Positions 10,301 to 23,790 of a stretch of 64,000 bases of DNA are shown here, piece after piece (positions within the stretch are counted from its first letter, which is position 1; each line of letters opens with the position of its first letter). The DNA is from Psilocybe cubensis (Eukaryota). Under the pieces are notes generated by a model that ran no database searches, was not told the origin of the DNA, and saw only the letters and a list, made by a program, of their open reading frames with translations. The position numbers and the translations under genes are program-made. The stretch is taken from NCBI GenBank assembly GCA_017499595.2, contig CM039008.1, forward strand, positions 62,001-126,000. Reading direction: 5' to 3'.

Positions 10301-13300
10301 CCTCAATGTCCCAGTATTGCCATTAAACCACCCATAGGGAAGAAGAATAAGAGAAGAGATGTCATACCATACATGTGTGATTCTTTACAGCTGCGGTGAT
10401 GTCGATACACATTGGAAGGCAACTCCAGATGAACAGATACAAGCGGTCTTCCTGCGCGCTGCTAGGGGAGCTCGCAGTAATTGACATTTACATTTCTGAA
10501 GAAATTTCTGAACACAGCATACATACACACCCGTTCATGACCCAAAGAATTGGTCAGGCAAGAAAACATGTAACAAAGATATCCCGCCATTCCTTCAACG
10601 CGAACACGACCTCACTGATATGCCAGAAAGTCCCTTAATCTCAAACGGAATGCGCAAACGGTGCTCTGAGCGTGTTGTTTGAGTTCCTATTCGCTGTTGT
10701 TGGCATTGTTGAAATGCAGAACGGAACAGCAGTGGGGAGAGAGGGACAGAATGGTGTCACCGTGTGTCCGTGCTGTTATGGAGGATGTGTCAGGAATAAA
10801 GAGCCGTCATAGAAGATCTCTAGGGAGCCATAGTACAACTATAAATACTATGAAGAGCACAGGTCGATATTCCAAGGAAGCCCATAGAATGCACACGGGA
10901 TACGAAGATAAAACAAGAGTAGACAGTTCCACGTTCAAGTCTCAAACGAGCAGATTGATTACATGCGGAATCTCCAGAGGTAGCAGCGGTATCACAAACA
11001 CAGAAGAGCAGATACATATCTATACCAGCGTGATATTCCAGCCGTCGCAGACAGCGATTAACCGTAACGCGTCATTTTCTGTACTGAATTTGGCATTTTG
11101 AACGTGCAGGATAGACTCCGGAATCTCATTCAAGGCAACATAGAACGATTGTTCATTGTTGAACAGGAACGCGTTCAGAGCAAGAAAGGAAGACACTCCT
11201 GACTCTGCTGCTTCCCAACGTCCGCCTCTTCCTTGTTCGTGGCGGGTGGGGAACAATGTTTGGGAAAGAGTCGCAGTAATGGGGTGAATCCAACTGTTAC
11301 AGTGTCGGGGTGTGTAGTCAGACTGCAGAATCCCGAGACACCATTGTCGAGGTTAAGCAAAGAACCATAGGCAAGTGTTGTCAGCGGTGGTTGGTAATAA
11401 AAGATATGGGGATTGGTTCTGACAGTGTTAGAGGTGGTATACGACAGGTCCAACGCTAGTAGAATAGCTCAAATGACTTACTTTTGCGCCCTTGTCCTCA
11501 GTCCACTCTGGTCACTCGCTGCTTTCAACCAACGACCCCCAAAGCGCCAGTTTCCTGTGGCGCACGAGAATTCATTTCTTTGGTATTGAATTTCTGTTCT
11601 TGAGTTTGGGTGTAGACATTGTACGCTACGGGACAAGCAGGCGGTGGTGGTCGGTCGAAGTGAAGCGGCCTTTGTTTGACCTTATTGTTTGCAGATTACG
11701 ATTGGTCGAGAACACCCGGGAATACAATTTAGGGGCTCCGAGTCCAAAAGATGGAGGTCAACTTGAATTGAACCCGATACAATAAATGTGACTTATTAAC
11801 ATCAGCGTTATTTTTCAGCTGAAGGCTTGGGCAGTGTCAAATTCAAGGTTTAGTTCACTAACTCCATCACCTTGATCTTCCCATTGGACTGGCGCACGGT
11901 GGCACGCATAACACAGTCTCCGTGGCGTTCTCTGCATCAGACTTGGCCCGCAAGCTCGCTTACACCCTGTCCGTGTGCATGGCGTATATACGCGGTATTT
12001 TCTTCCCTGTCGAGTGAAGTGCGTGCAACGTGAACATCAATTTCAATCTCCGCATTAAACCCTTCCGTTTGTTTCGCCTCTTCGATGCTTCCAACAATCG
12101 TCCATGGACGATCTCAACCTCAACGGTATGATGGGTGAGCCAAGAGGTGTCAAAGTGAAGGATCGGAGGTCATGGCAACGTTTTGAGGTGCGTCAGTGTC
12201 TTATTCCATTTCATTCACTAGTCTTGTTTGCTCACACACAATATCCTTGTTTTTCGCATCTACACTCCGCCCCCGCCCTTGTATTCTCATGTTTCCATCG
12301 CCATCGTATACCACCCAAACACACGTCATGTACCCCGAGTGTCTTTATGGCACATACACGCAGAACCCACGTCTTTCCGAACCGCTACACGCCACCGCTT
12401 CAACTCACCACCCTATGCCCCTCGTCGCAGACCTCCCAACCTTTTTATATGGCGCTCGAAATAGCGAAAACACCCCCTGCATCCATCTTCGAGACTTTGT
12501 TGACGGTCATTACTGTACGGCGATCGGATGAAGGTTGAATTGGGGTGATGAGCGGAGGTTACTGACAGACGTATATTCTGTGTAGTAAGGTGTGCTTTCT
12601 TCGGTTTCGGTAGTATTGCCCACTCATCTACACCTGCCCTGTCCCATCTCAACTTCATCCCACACAACACACATTCACATTGCACTCGTATTCGTAATCT
12701 CAGCAAAGCATAATAAACCCCCACTTAAACCATCGATTTCAGCGCCCGAACCTCTCACACTGCCATCCATCACCAATACCACCGCATACCCCTCCTCAGA
12801 AGTCTTAACAGTGAAAAATGCGCAATTGTTCGGTTACTCGTCGACCGACTAAGCATGGCCTTGCGTAGGACCCCACCATCTCTCTCGTTGACGTGTCCTC
12901 CGCTCCCTCCTTGGCTATACCCACTCCTTGGGCCCCGACACTCCACAGTTCTACTTCACCTCATTGTTGTTGTCAATAATGTTGAGTATCACCCCCTAAA
13001 CGATGTCCTGTTCGATTTCGAACTTCCCAATCCCATCCCCATCCTCGTCTGGAGGCGCCTCGTCGCTGAGAACAACTGGTATGTTACTGAATTACACTCT
13101 CTATCAGCGTGATGCAAGATAATTTTGAATTTGACTTATTTTTAGACAGTGTCGTTGACGAAGAACACGAACACGAACGTGATCGTGAACGTTAAATACA
13201 GGACGAGCAGACGGAGAAAGACACATCGAGGGTGGCAAGACTCTCTACCTCAACGTCGACGGGCTGTATGCGCGTTCGACGGCAAGTAGCATGTAGACGC

Positions 13301-15158
13301 AGCGTCTGGCTGCTCGCATTGAACAGTGGAGTCCTTGTACGTGCACCTGTGCGTGGGTTTGAGGTATAGAAATGTGTGTGATGAGTTTTGGGAGGGCTTT
13401 TTGTAGTATGCGAGCGTGTGCGTGTGCGGAAATGAGTTAGTAACTATCGTCTTCTCCACTACCTCTCTCCACTAATCTCCACGCTTTCTACCACCATCAC
13501 CACCAACCCTCACCCGATTGCTGAGGCCTCGCTGAGAATACGTCGTCCATAATCTATCACCTGTTACACCTCTATCGGCATCGCATACACGCCTGACCCA
13601 ATCCCCTATCTCCCAACTCTTCGAAGCACGCTGTCAAAAACAAGGTCCGGAAGAAGTGGTCCATGCCTCTCAGATTATTGCCAGACTTGTGCTGTGCCAT
13701 GGTACATGGTTCGGCGGGCATCTAGGATGCGAGTTGGTGCGGGTGCGGTCAGGGTGCGGGAGAGCTTTGATGATGGGATTAAAGAAATGTGTGCTCGATG
13801 GGTGTATAGGTACGTGAAAGAAGCGCTGCTATTCACATTCATCGAATAGTTGTGTTTGAATCTTCTCCATCCGCTCTCCATGCGCCTTCTATTCGCTCTC
13901 CTATCATTCCTTGTCATTTTCCTGTATACAATGGTCGTAGTCTATCCCACTTGGCTCTTCACCGGTCACTCTCCACCGCCTCTCCATCGTCACCCGTTGA
14001 CACAGGTGGCTCCTCACCCAATACCCTCCATCTGCGTCTCACACTCCTTGTTACTTTAGTGCATCGCTATGTGGCCGTCCATTGTCGTTGCACAAGTAGG
14101 TGTATTTAGCTCATACGACGGAATTGTTGTTACATTGGGTCGCGTCACTCGTAAAAAGGCAATTGAATCCGTAGAATCTTGCCACTTATTGTACATATGG
14201 GAACCATGCTCACTCCACTATCTGCGGGAATGTCTCGTAGTGTGTTCTCGGATCATATTCCGTTTTCCCTACTCCAATAATTTTGTTGCACAATGATCCA
14301 AAATTCGAACAGAAGAACGTACATCACCGCAATAACCGGAGGAAACGCATGTACAGGTCATTCTTTGAGGGTAGCTTTACATTAGGATTGATGTATCAAA
14401 TATCACAGATGAAAGAGGCTCGATTCGCCGTTTATTAATACTCTTATCATCACTCACACGAAATATGTTGGTCAATATATCCAGGCCGCCGGAATTTGAT
14501 CTTCTGTGAATCTCTTGGCCTGTGATAAAAATACAGAACACAGAGTATGGGCGGTTATTTTCATGCCTGTTCATTGACTTCTTCTCTATAAGTAGACAGT
14601 TCGGAGATATATTCATGTGCAATGGTCAACACTTGCTTTTGAGGACTATCACTGGCCGTTCTCAGTGAGAGTATTGAAGGGGATATTATCGAAGGAAAGG
14701 TGCTGCTCACTCTATGAGAATACGAAATGATTTATTTGTTTGAAAATGCAGTGAGAACAAGAGCAACAAACTAGCTCTTGAGAACTACCTGTACCGGACA
14801 TTATAATCACAAAGTTCACCGAGGTTCCGCCATGGATCATCAGTCATGAGGGAACTTTTTGTAAACGCAATGTGGAATGAAATTTAAACTTGGTGTAAAG
14901 CTTCTGATACAACAACTCAAATGAGCACGAAGCAGAGAAGCAGATTGTAACAACATCCTAATAATGGATCAGTCTTATCGTTTCTTGACTTGGAATTCAC
15001 CCTACAAATTTGCGGTTTGCAAGCTATGGTAGATATTTTGTTGGTGATACAGTTATTACTAACCTGCGTTGACCGCGGCGTATCCATGAGTATAAAACCA
15101 CCAGAAGGTATGGGTTTACTCATCAGTTGAAGATTTTCTCCAAGTCAAATCCTCCAAC

Positions 15159-15786
15159 ATGTTTGCCTTTACCTCTCTTGTTGCTCTTGTATCCACCACC
15201 ATTACTCTTGTTCACTCGAGCCCCACCGTCTACCCAGACGTTATTCCGGGACCGGGTCTCCCTAGCCTAGAGTTCCTGAACCTTACGTCAAAGGATCTGT
15301 ACACAATGACGCCCCCAACATTTGACTTGTCTCTCAACTCGCGCAGCGCAAACTTTGATGCCGAATGGTATGATGATAACAGTACACCATTTCAAACGAC
15401 TAATCGCACCTCATGCAGTTTTACCTTCACCACCGGTGACGTAGACAACACCATAGCCTGCTTCAACTACCTCGTCAGCATCGGAAACAACGCCTGCGTT
15501 GTGTCCGCGGACAATGTTGAATTCTGCAGAGCTGGAGATGCCTCCATAGGCGGATCTAACCTCCACCAGACGTCCGGTGCGGCGTCGTCAGCTTGCAGAG
15601 ATGTAGCTACAGCTGTCCAATGGATATTCACTAATTGCAATGTCGGTGGTAGAGTTGGCGGTAAGCTCCCGTTTGCAATCTTCCTAGAATTTAAATTTGC
15701 TGATATTGACTCTGTGTAAAGGCGCAGACGCAGCATATGGAAACGGAGATTTAGTTGTAGGAGTTTACAATGTAGATTGGATTTAA
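15159..15786 (+). CDS. Small secreted cysteine-rich protein B, copy 1 (3 exons)
   Basis: Signal-peptide-like MFAFTSLVALVSTTITLVHS, pro-region YPDVIPGPGLPSL, six Cys in the mature part, two GT-AG introns, ending GADAAYGNGDLVVGVYNVDWI*. TATAAAA near 15091; close paralog at 50746. Confidence 0.88.
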
Positions 15787-16509
15787 GCTGCTACCAAGAA
15801 GCAGTGAAACCCTCTATGGGATTGTTAGAATTTTGGAAAGGGAAATTATGCGGAATGATTCGGTGTTTGATTATTTGTCAATGAATTTGCACACATGAGT
15901 GGGGATTGTGTAATACATGCATGTACAACCTTCTCTTCGTACTTAATCGTTTGCTGTGAGATCGAGAGCTGTGTAGGGTATGGAGAGGTTGAGATGGTTA
16001 ATCTGGACGTCGAAACGACAGGCGGTTGCAATATCTAGAAAAATTCCATCCAAATCATCATTTCAATGACTCAAGAGGGTTTGTATGGACTCACCGTTCG
16101 ACCTGACTCCTCCGCGCTTCTGCAAATCATCCCATTTCGCATCCCGCCTTTCCCTCGCCGCCAAATTACGCCCATTACCATCGCACGGTCAAAAATAAAA
16201 ACGATTATAGGGTGTACAATACGTGTTCGTAATAGGGGACGTGAGATAGCGCACTACCGCCTTTATATCCTATCCATACTATCCCTCCTAGGCAACTTCC
16301 TTCGTGGATGCCATTGCCTACAGTGCAGTGCACTGTTTAGCCTAGTTGGACGGGCGAGGGTTGCGGGAGGGAGAAGAAATGAAAATTTGGCGTTTTCAAT
16401 CTTTTGGACAATATAGACGTCAGCCTACCTATAGATTTGAGATGGAAATACGTGTATTTGTCGGTGATCATGAGTGTGTGAGCGGTTGTGTTCTGTCTGT
16501 TACTCGACA

Positions 16510-17000
16510 TCTTCACCGCCGTGGGCGGAGTTTGAATGTCCCTGACAACAGCAGGGACAAACAACGCGACATTTGTTGTCTTCCACCAACATCTCTAGAC
16601 TCTTCCCCAAACACATGCAACTGGTGAGAGGGATGCAGGACAGCAAGGTAGATGCACAGAGCAGGGAGAGAAGTTGGGTGAGTGGTTCGCGTATGTTTTC
16701 TTTTTTGTGTTTTTTTTCGCGACTCGGCAACCCTCCCCTCTCCACCGCTATCACCCTCAACTTCCCATTACGCTGGCACACGTTTAGCATCGACGCCGCT
16801 GCAGCTGCACAGCGTCCACATACATATATGTGAGATTTGTTGTACTGCCAGCGTCGGTCTGATGGTAAAAGTCTGTGGCTCCGGTGCTGTCGAAATTGCG
16901 GGTTTGTTCGCACTCTTCATGTCATTCCCTGTACACACATACATTATTTGTGGCCTCGTTCATGCCTATGGCGTATTTAACGCCGGGACTGGTAGGTGTG
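16510..17000 (+). repeat. Dispersed repeat family R, copy
   Basis: Contains GCGGAGTTTGAA-N-TGACAACAGCAGGGACAAACAACGCG and the CATCGACGCCGCTGCAGCTGCAC core shared with other copies. Confidence 0.7.
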
Positions 17001-19542
17001 TGTCGTCGACGTCAATGGTGCGAGATGGAGGCCGGGTTGATGTTATTTTGTGATCAGAACGGCAGGTGACAGAACGGTTCTTCCAACAACTCCCTCGCCC
17101 TCACACTTGGTTTCACTCTCCCAACGTCCATACACTCGTGTCATAGCCCCTCAGGTTCCGATAATCTCCTGCAAGATAGTTTGACTACGTCTATACTCAG
17201 GCTTGTACGATCTTCAGCAACACATTGCTGGATTGGTGTCGAGTGGGAAACATACCTACTCTTACGTTGAGTCAAGGTTTTTTCCCAACTTCTCGTCCGA
17301 CGGTGGATTACAATAAGGTGCGCTGACCTCCATTACTCCCTTCTCGGACTCCATGTCCTCTGCATCTTATCCCTCGCAGCTTAATTGGATACACCGCTCC
17401 GCCGCCAATTCAACTGGGAACGAAGCTATTACGAAGGAGGACATTGTGACGAGGTTGGTAATTCGACATGGACCCAAGTGCAACAACGGTCTCCCGGCCC
17501 TGCACAACAGCGACGACTCCACCTGGCACGCATCTAAGTACACAGCTTTCATCTTTGCAACAAACCTGCCAGCATTTGTGTCCCTCTCTCACCCGGTTTC
17601 ACCCGTTCACTGTATTCTGTGGTTATCTCAGCGCTGGTGAGTGATCATTGCTGCCTATTCAACTTCTCTCTTCCATTTGAAGATACTACTGTCAATCTCG
17701 CGTTCACTCCGCAAATCACTCCCATCCCTCTCTTCCCATTTTTGTGTCTAATTACCCGAAATCCTAACCCAGGCCTGAGGCAGTGTCGCACATGGTGTGG
17801 TTCTAGAAAGAGTTGACACCAGTCATCCGGTTGACGCTGCGCTCTGCGATTTCCGTCACCACCACCATCATCACCTTCCCATCCGCCTTCCCGTCTTTAT
17901 CCATGTCTGCATCTTGTCATCCTCCACACCATGCTACGCATCGGAGGTGCGTCGTCTGCTGTTGAATAACAACACAATTCACCATCTTGCAAGTAGTACA
18001 ATGCACCCTGCTTTGCTGACATTGCGCTCTCTCCATAAATCCATATACCAGGCGACGTGCTGAATGAATCGTAGGGCTGGAATTGCGTGAAGGTGGGGAG
18101 AGGACCCAGGGTGTTGATGATTATCTGTTAAGGTGTCGTGGAGGATGTCAAATGTTTCGGTGGGCCGTTCTATGTCATTTTCTACGTTCAGGCAGTTGGC
18201 ATCAAATCATCCATAACCAACCTCCCCCTCCCCTGCCATTTTCGCACTTCATTGACACACAGATGATATCGACGCGGCAGCAACTACACCGGGTCTACGT
18301 GCCCTGCGTCTTCTTTTCTACTTCTGATGCGTCCAGTGATATGGACAGTGTAGTTTATCCTACCTCGCAAGCTTCATGATGTTCTCCCACGCACCTGTGC
18401 TTGTCTCTGTGTGTATCCCTGCATATGGACCCATTGTCCGCAATCCAGCATTTTTTTATGACATATATACATCTTGCTTTCACTTTTTGTCATGCTACCA
18501 CCGATATGGAGTCCCTCTTTACCCCCTATCATTTCTTCTTTGACACGTACCCTTGGCTATAGCGAGTGTCCCGCTATTGCTACCCCATTCCTGGACAACA
18601 GTGCTCGGCAAAGAAGACTGCCGAAGCTCATCTTCATACACATTTCCATTATGCGTCCCATCGTATTTGTCAAATGTATGCATGATTAGATGGATTCCTT
18701 TTTCAAACAGTGCGTATTTCTTCTGCCATTTCATCTCCCGAGTTATCGTCTGCACGTCGAATTACTCACTAGAAACAGAATCCTCACGAGCGACCCACCT
18801 AAAAAGGCCGATTCCTACCTCAGTGTGTTGCATACTATTTGTTAATTTTGAGCTGGTAGTAACTAATTAGGTTATGCACAGGCGCCTCATTTCATGACTC
18901 GGGCATTGGAATACACAAGGAACCAACTGTATCTGTCCCTGTTACTGTCTCGAATACCACCGCCGCTGCCACCACCGCAGTCTTAGGACCGCGGGACAGG
19001 GAACTGGTAGGGAGTTGTTATTTCTCATGTTTGAATCATGATATATCAAGCTATGTATTCCTATCTCACCATAGGAGAAACAATGCAGGATAGAGTGCGG
19101 GTACAGAAGTATTGACAGCAGCCTGTGCTGCACCCCTGCAAATTATCGGTCGGACATCAAACTGCGATATCAAAAGAGGAGTTGAAAAATGCAATTTTTA
19201 CCTACAGGACATCGACGTCGGTCACGGCGAATGCACTCAGAATGTGTACGAATGACCTGTGGGTGGCTCTATTCTTTCGATGGATTCTATGGCCGAGTCT
19301 AATTGAGACTCTGATTGGTCGATGGGTGGCAACACTGGCCCGTAGGGGTGGGGGTGGAGTGTGGGGTAGACCTAAATTTACAAATGAGGATGGAATTGGG
19401 CATGTGAGTGTGCAGACACCCATGTCCACTCATGGATGTCAAATTGGGAGTCTTCAAAACGTTTTGTTTGATTGCTCTGGAGCTATTTCTGCTTCCGGAC
19501 CTGCCACCTTCAACGTTACTAGCCTCTCCTCCTCCTCCTCCC

Positions 19543-20616
19543 TATGGCTGTCCGTTTGCACATTTAATACCAATCTATAAACTTTTTTTTCCATACATAG
19601 AAGTCGCAATTATGCACAATTCCATATACATAATCTGGTGTCCAGTATAGAGAAAGGTGGTTTCCGAACATATAAATCTTGTATCCATACATTCATAGGT
19701 TGCACCCTCGGATACAATTTTCAGTACCATACATGTAGTTTTGGTGCCCACATATACAAATCACAATCCCTTACATAGGGCAAACACTCCCTTTTACACA
19801 TATTTTGTTCCCTCACTTATATCTGAAGGTTCCTCGTATGATTATTTCTACCTTTCTTCATCCCGAAGATATACTGTCATTTTTCGGCATTCTGTCGATG
19901 CCGTGCATGCCTAGACATCGTGAGAATCGGCAAATCTCGGCAAATAAGGACACAAATTACAGTTCATTGCCTGTATGCCTGTCGACACACGCTGATTGAA
20001 CACTTCAAAAGATTCACATTTATACAATCAGTAAGTATCCTCCTGTGAATGCTGATTGCATAAGTAGATTGTCTTCATAATGTGATACGAGTGCTTTGCG
20101 TGCTAAGGCTTAAAAAGGCCTAACGTTGAGGTTGAAGACAGAAAATTGCATTGGAATAGCCTATATGTAGTCTTATGTTATTTTAATGTATGAAATTATG
20201 CTCCTAATGAATTGTATAATCTTGTAACGACCATCCTACTGTCTTCACAAGTAGCAATCCACTGCAAAGCGGGACAAAAGTCGAGTTCCCACGCCTCTAC
20301 GGCACGGACGGCACGCATAATGTTCTTCTGGACAACTCTATATCTTCGGACAAAAATTAAGATACATGCGGAGAGGGCCACAGACTATGGTACTGAATTT
20401 TTTATGTACGGGTAGCATACCCTTATGTGTGCAGCTCCCATTCAAACTGAAGGGCATGCAAAGACAATGATCGGGATAATTTCTTCTATGCTCGGAAACC
20501 ATTTCTCTACAACCGGGACACCAAGGTATGTAGTTGAGTTCAATCAAAATTGCAACTTATATGTATGGGGAAAGAAGTTTATACTTTGGCATTAAATGTG
20601 CAAACGGACAGCCATA
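19543..20616. mobile_element. Non-autonomous TIR DNA transposon (about 1.07 kb), TATGG...CCATA ends, degenerate TIRs of about 200 bp
   Basis: Left end TATGGCTGTCCGTTTGCACATTTAAT is the reverse complement of right end ATTAAATGTGCAAACGGACAGCCATA. Flanked by CTCCC on both sides (19538-19542, 20617-20621). Confidence 0.8.
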
Positions 20617-22799
20617 CTCCCATCCTGGTGTCGCCGATGAGCGCACTGCGCTGGTTCTATACCAGCCAATTTTCAAACCGCAAATAACGTCTATTTCACT
20701 ATGTATATCTTAACACACACTCCACTCCTTAGGTATAAACTCAGGTTCGCTGGTCTGTCGTTCTCACTGAAATATGTAGTTTATCTACCACACCATACTG
20801 TAGACAGGCCTTTTTTTTTATTGTACAGATCTATCAATTGAATTTATCCCGGATTCATGTAGCCCCCTATTTACTAATTTCCAAGTTGGATTTACCGTGT
20901 TGTGTTGTTTTCCAGACTTTAACCGTGAGACATCACCCACAAGATTCGGTTTGCAAAAATGAGACGCAAGGCCCCAATGTAAGACTCACTCTCACACTCA
21001 AGATTTGTACACTGCACAGGAAACGACAAACCGGTAAAATCAAGAAAACAACCAAGTCTGAAGAAGCAAAATCAAGGAAATTGCACATGGAAAACCAGAA
21101 ACAGCAATGGCACTCTCAAAAAAGTGTGGACGGTAAGCAGTGAACGGAAATGAAAAGCTTTTACCTCAATAACCCCGCAAATGTCGTCTCTTTTCTGCTT
21201 TCCTCAGTTTCGTCCTGTACAGAACAAGCCTGATTATATCTGACGACTCTCAAAGAAAGTGCGAAGCTCCCACATCGAAATCAATACCTAAACTTCTAAT
21301 GTTTGCAGTCTAAGTGCTTAGTCAAAGTTCCCACTTGCAAGGTGTTTCAAACGTAACGAGCAGGGTCGGATATGTAATGTGACGCGACATTAGAAATCCG
21401 GTATCGAAATCATGGATATGAAGATGTGGGTGACGAGGGTACCCACGCGCCGCAACGGTTGGAGTTCAAGCTCAAAAAACGATGGCTGGAGTTGCAGAGC
21501 GAATCAGCCAAGGACTCACAGGGGAGGACGAGAGACGGTATGACAAGGTTGCAATGATGTTGTTCAAGGGACGGAATGGGAAGAAGGAGGAGCCATGGAA
21601 TACGATATGCACAATGTGATGCAATGCGAAGGAACACCCACGATGCGACTCGACGCGGTGGTGGGGTAACACTAGAAATGAAGCTAATTATACGTTGGAC
21701 CTTAGATCTAAATGAGGGCCGCTCCAACTGAATGCAAATATATCTGCTCGAAGATGCGATGCTATGCGACGAGGTGGTTGGAATGTGAAGTGGAATGTAG
21801 ATATGAGTACCTGATGGCGATGGGGAGGGTAAAAATATACTCACATTGCGAAAGCAGTGCAATGGGCATAAGAAAGAGTGTATCGAGCTGACAGTACACG
21901 ACGCTATCGTTGTCAATGAGCGCTAAACAGCGATATAGTATGCGTGTCGAACACTTGAAAGAACGAAGAAGGGGTATTTGCGGGTCTAGTCGATCGGAAA
22001 TACCCACCAATCCATTAGTGAGTTGTTAAACATTGTACAATCCTGAATATTCAAATCGTCGAACTGTCTAGTGTGAGGGTGAGGTAAAGGGGGATGGAGC
22101 GGCAGATAGGAGGGGCCGTCGAGAGACCGATGATGAGATACAGTATACGTACCAGTACAGAATGGAGCAGGAAAGGGCAGAAATGTAGGTGTTTTTCCTC
22201 CCTCCCGTAGCGCTTAGCTGCTCAATTCAGATTGTCATTGCACCACACCGCAGGAGATGGCAAAAGTGAAGGAAATTGCAAATGAGGAATGTTAAATCAA
22301 CCTATGCACGCGCATAAGGTCAAAAAACCCATTTGCAAAACCATTGTGCAGCCCCCTGCACGCACACCCGCGTACACCGAGCTTCTCAAAAGGCACAACC
22401 ACATTACCATCTACACCAAAATACCGCCCACATACCTGTACATGTAAGCATCTGTGCATTGCCCTTGAACGTCGAAGTGCATATATGCCCTTGTCACGAG
22501 GCCGGGGAGCCACCTTGTTCCAGTGTTCTACCCCCTTGCCTGTGCCATAGAACCCATGGAAGACCACACTCTGCGCGGGACAAGTCACAAATTGGAGGAA
22601 GTGCGGGGCTGTAGTGCATCCGCTTAGTGTCGACGGTATGGTAGTCAAGAGAGCGAGGGTGGCGTGCACTGTCTGGGTTTAGGGTGAGAGATTGCGATTG
22701 TGGGGGAGAGTGAAAGAAAACATGGACCCGACAGGTATGAAGTTTATAAGACAACCAGAATCACCAACGCTGCGATATCCACTGATTCCTGCGAACGGA

Positions 22800-23340
22800 C
22801 GAAACCGGACGAGAGAGGCGTGGTGTCCATGCAGAAATCGATGTTGTACAAACGGGGTACCATACAACATGTCAATGTCCGGACAGGGAGCAACATAGAG
22901 AACACAAGATAGAAAAACCATTATTTCCACTGCACTGGCGCAGGAAGCACACCAACTGTCATATGGACACGGTGTAGCTGCACCGGCGTCGATCGAGAAT
23001 GTGTTCCAGTGCAATGGGTAAACGAGGGTGGAAGAGACGGAGGGGGAGGCTTGCAGGGTTTTTCGAGTGCCGTTCCAGGTGCCAAAGCGAAAAAAAGACA
23101 AACATTGAATACAAACTACTCACCTAGACGCTCCTCCACCGTCATCTGCGCCTCGACTTTGCTATCCCGCGTCCAATTCCCCCAATTACGTATCACAATG
23201 CTCGTGTTGTCGTTTGAGTGGGTGGGGGATGAGTCCGACGAGATGGTGGTGGAAGACAACCAGTGTCGCGTTGTTTGTTCTTGCTGTTGTCAAAGACTTC
23301 AAACTCCGCTGCTGACTCTTGACTTGGGCAGGCCATGGCG
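22800..23340 (-). repeat. Dispersed repeat family R, inverted copy
   Basis: Reverse strand reads GCGGAGTTTGAAGTCTTTGACAACAGCAAGAACAAACAACGCGACACTGGTTGTCTTCCACC and ATCGACGCCGGTGCAGCTACACC; most similar to the 16.5-kb copy. Confidence 0.7.
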
Positions 23341-23599
23341 GTGATATATGCCTTGCAGGGTCTTGCGAACACAATACATGAACATTTAAAGTCACGGAGA
23401 GTTCTGTGGTGTTTAATTTTTCAAATGACAGACAATATGTGTCTTGGTTTGTGAATGAAGTAAATATGCAAACAGACAGCCATAGACCAATGAATCTCTT
23501 GCACAGTACCCTCGTCCCTCAGCTCCTGTGCTCGTCTGGTGACCTATACCCTTTGCAGTTCTTGTACGTTGATGCAAATTTTGCCATCATGGTTTTGTT

Positions 23600-23790
23600 T
23601 CTCGACCGGAACCACAAAAACCACCACCAACCTCTCCCCTTCCTCTTCGTAGCTTGCACTGTCGACTTCCCAGTGCGCCGGCGCACGCGAAAAATCAACG
23701 CCGCGGTAGCTATACCAGGTCTGTAATAACGACTCTGGTATACTGTATGGATGCGCCAGTGCAGTGAAATGTCAGGTGTATGCTACCTTT
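23600..23790 (+). repeat. Dispersed repeat family R, partial copy
   Basis: ATCAACGCCGCGGTAGCTATACCAGGTCTGTAATAACGACTCTGGTATAC matches the family core. Confidence 0.55.

Noticed and set aside
10600-11460. Broken hydrophobic frames on the minus strand suggesting a decayed membrane-protein gene
   Set aside because: Multiple stops, no recognisable motif and no consistent exon model.
12230-13440. CA-rich stretches weakly resembling 22330-22470
   Set aside because: Similarity is too low to separate from compositional bias by eye.
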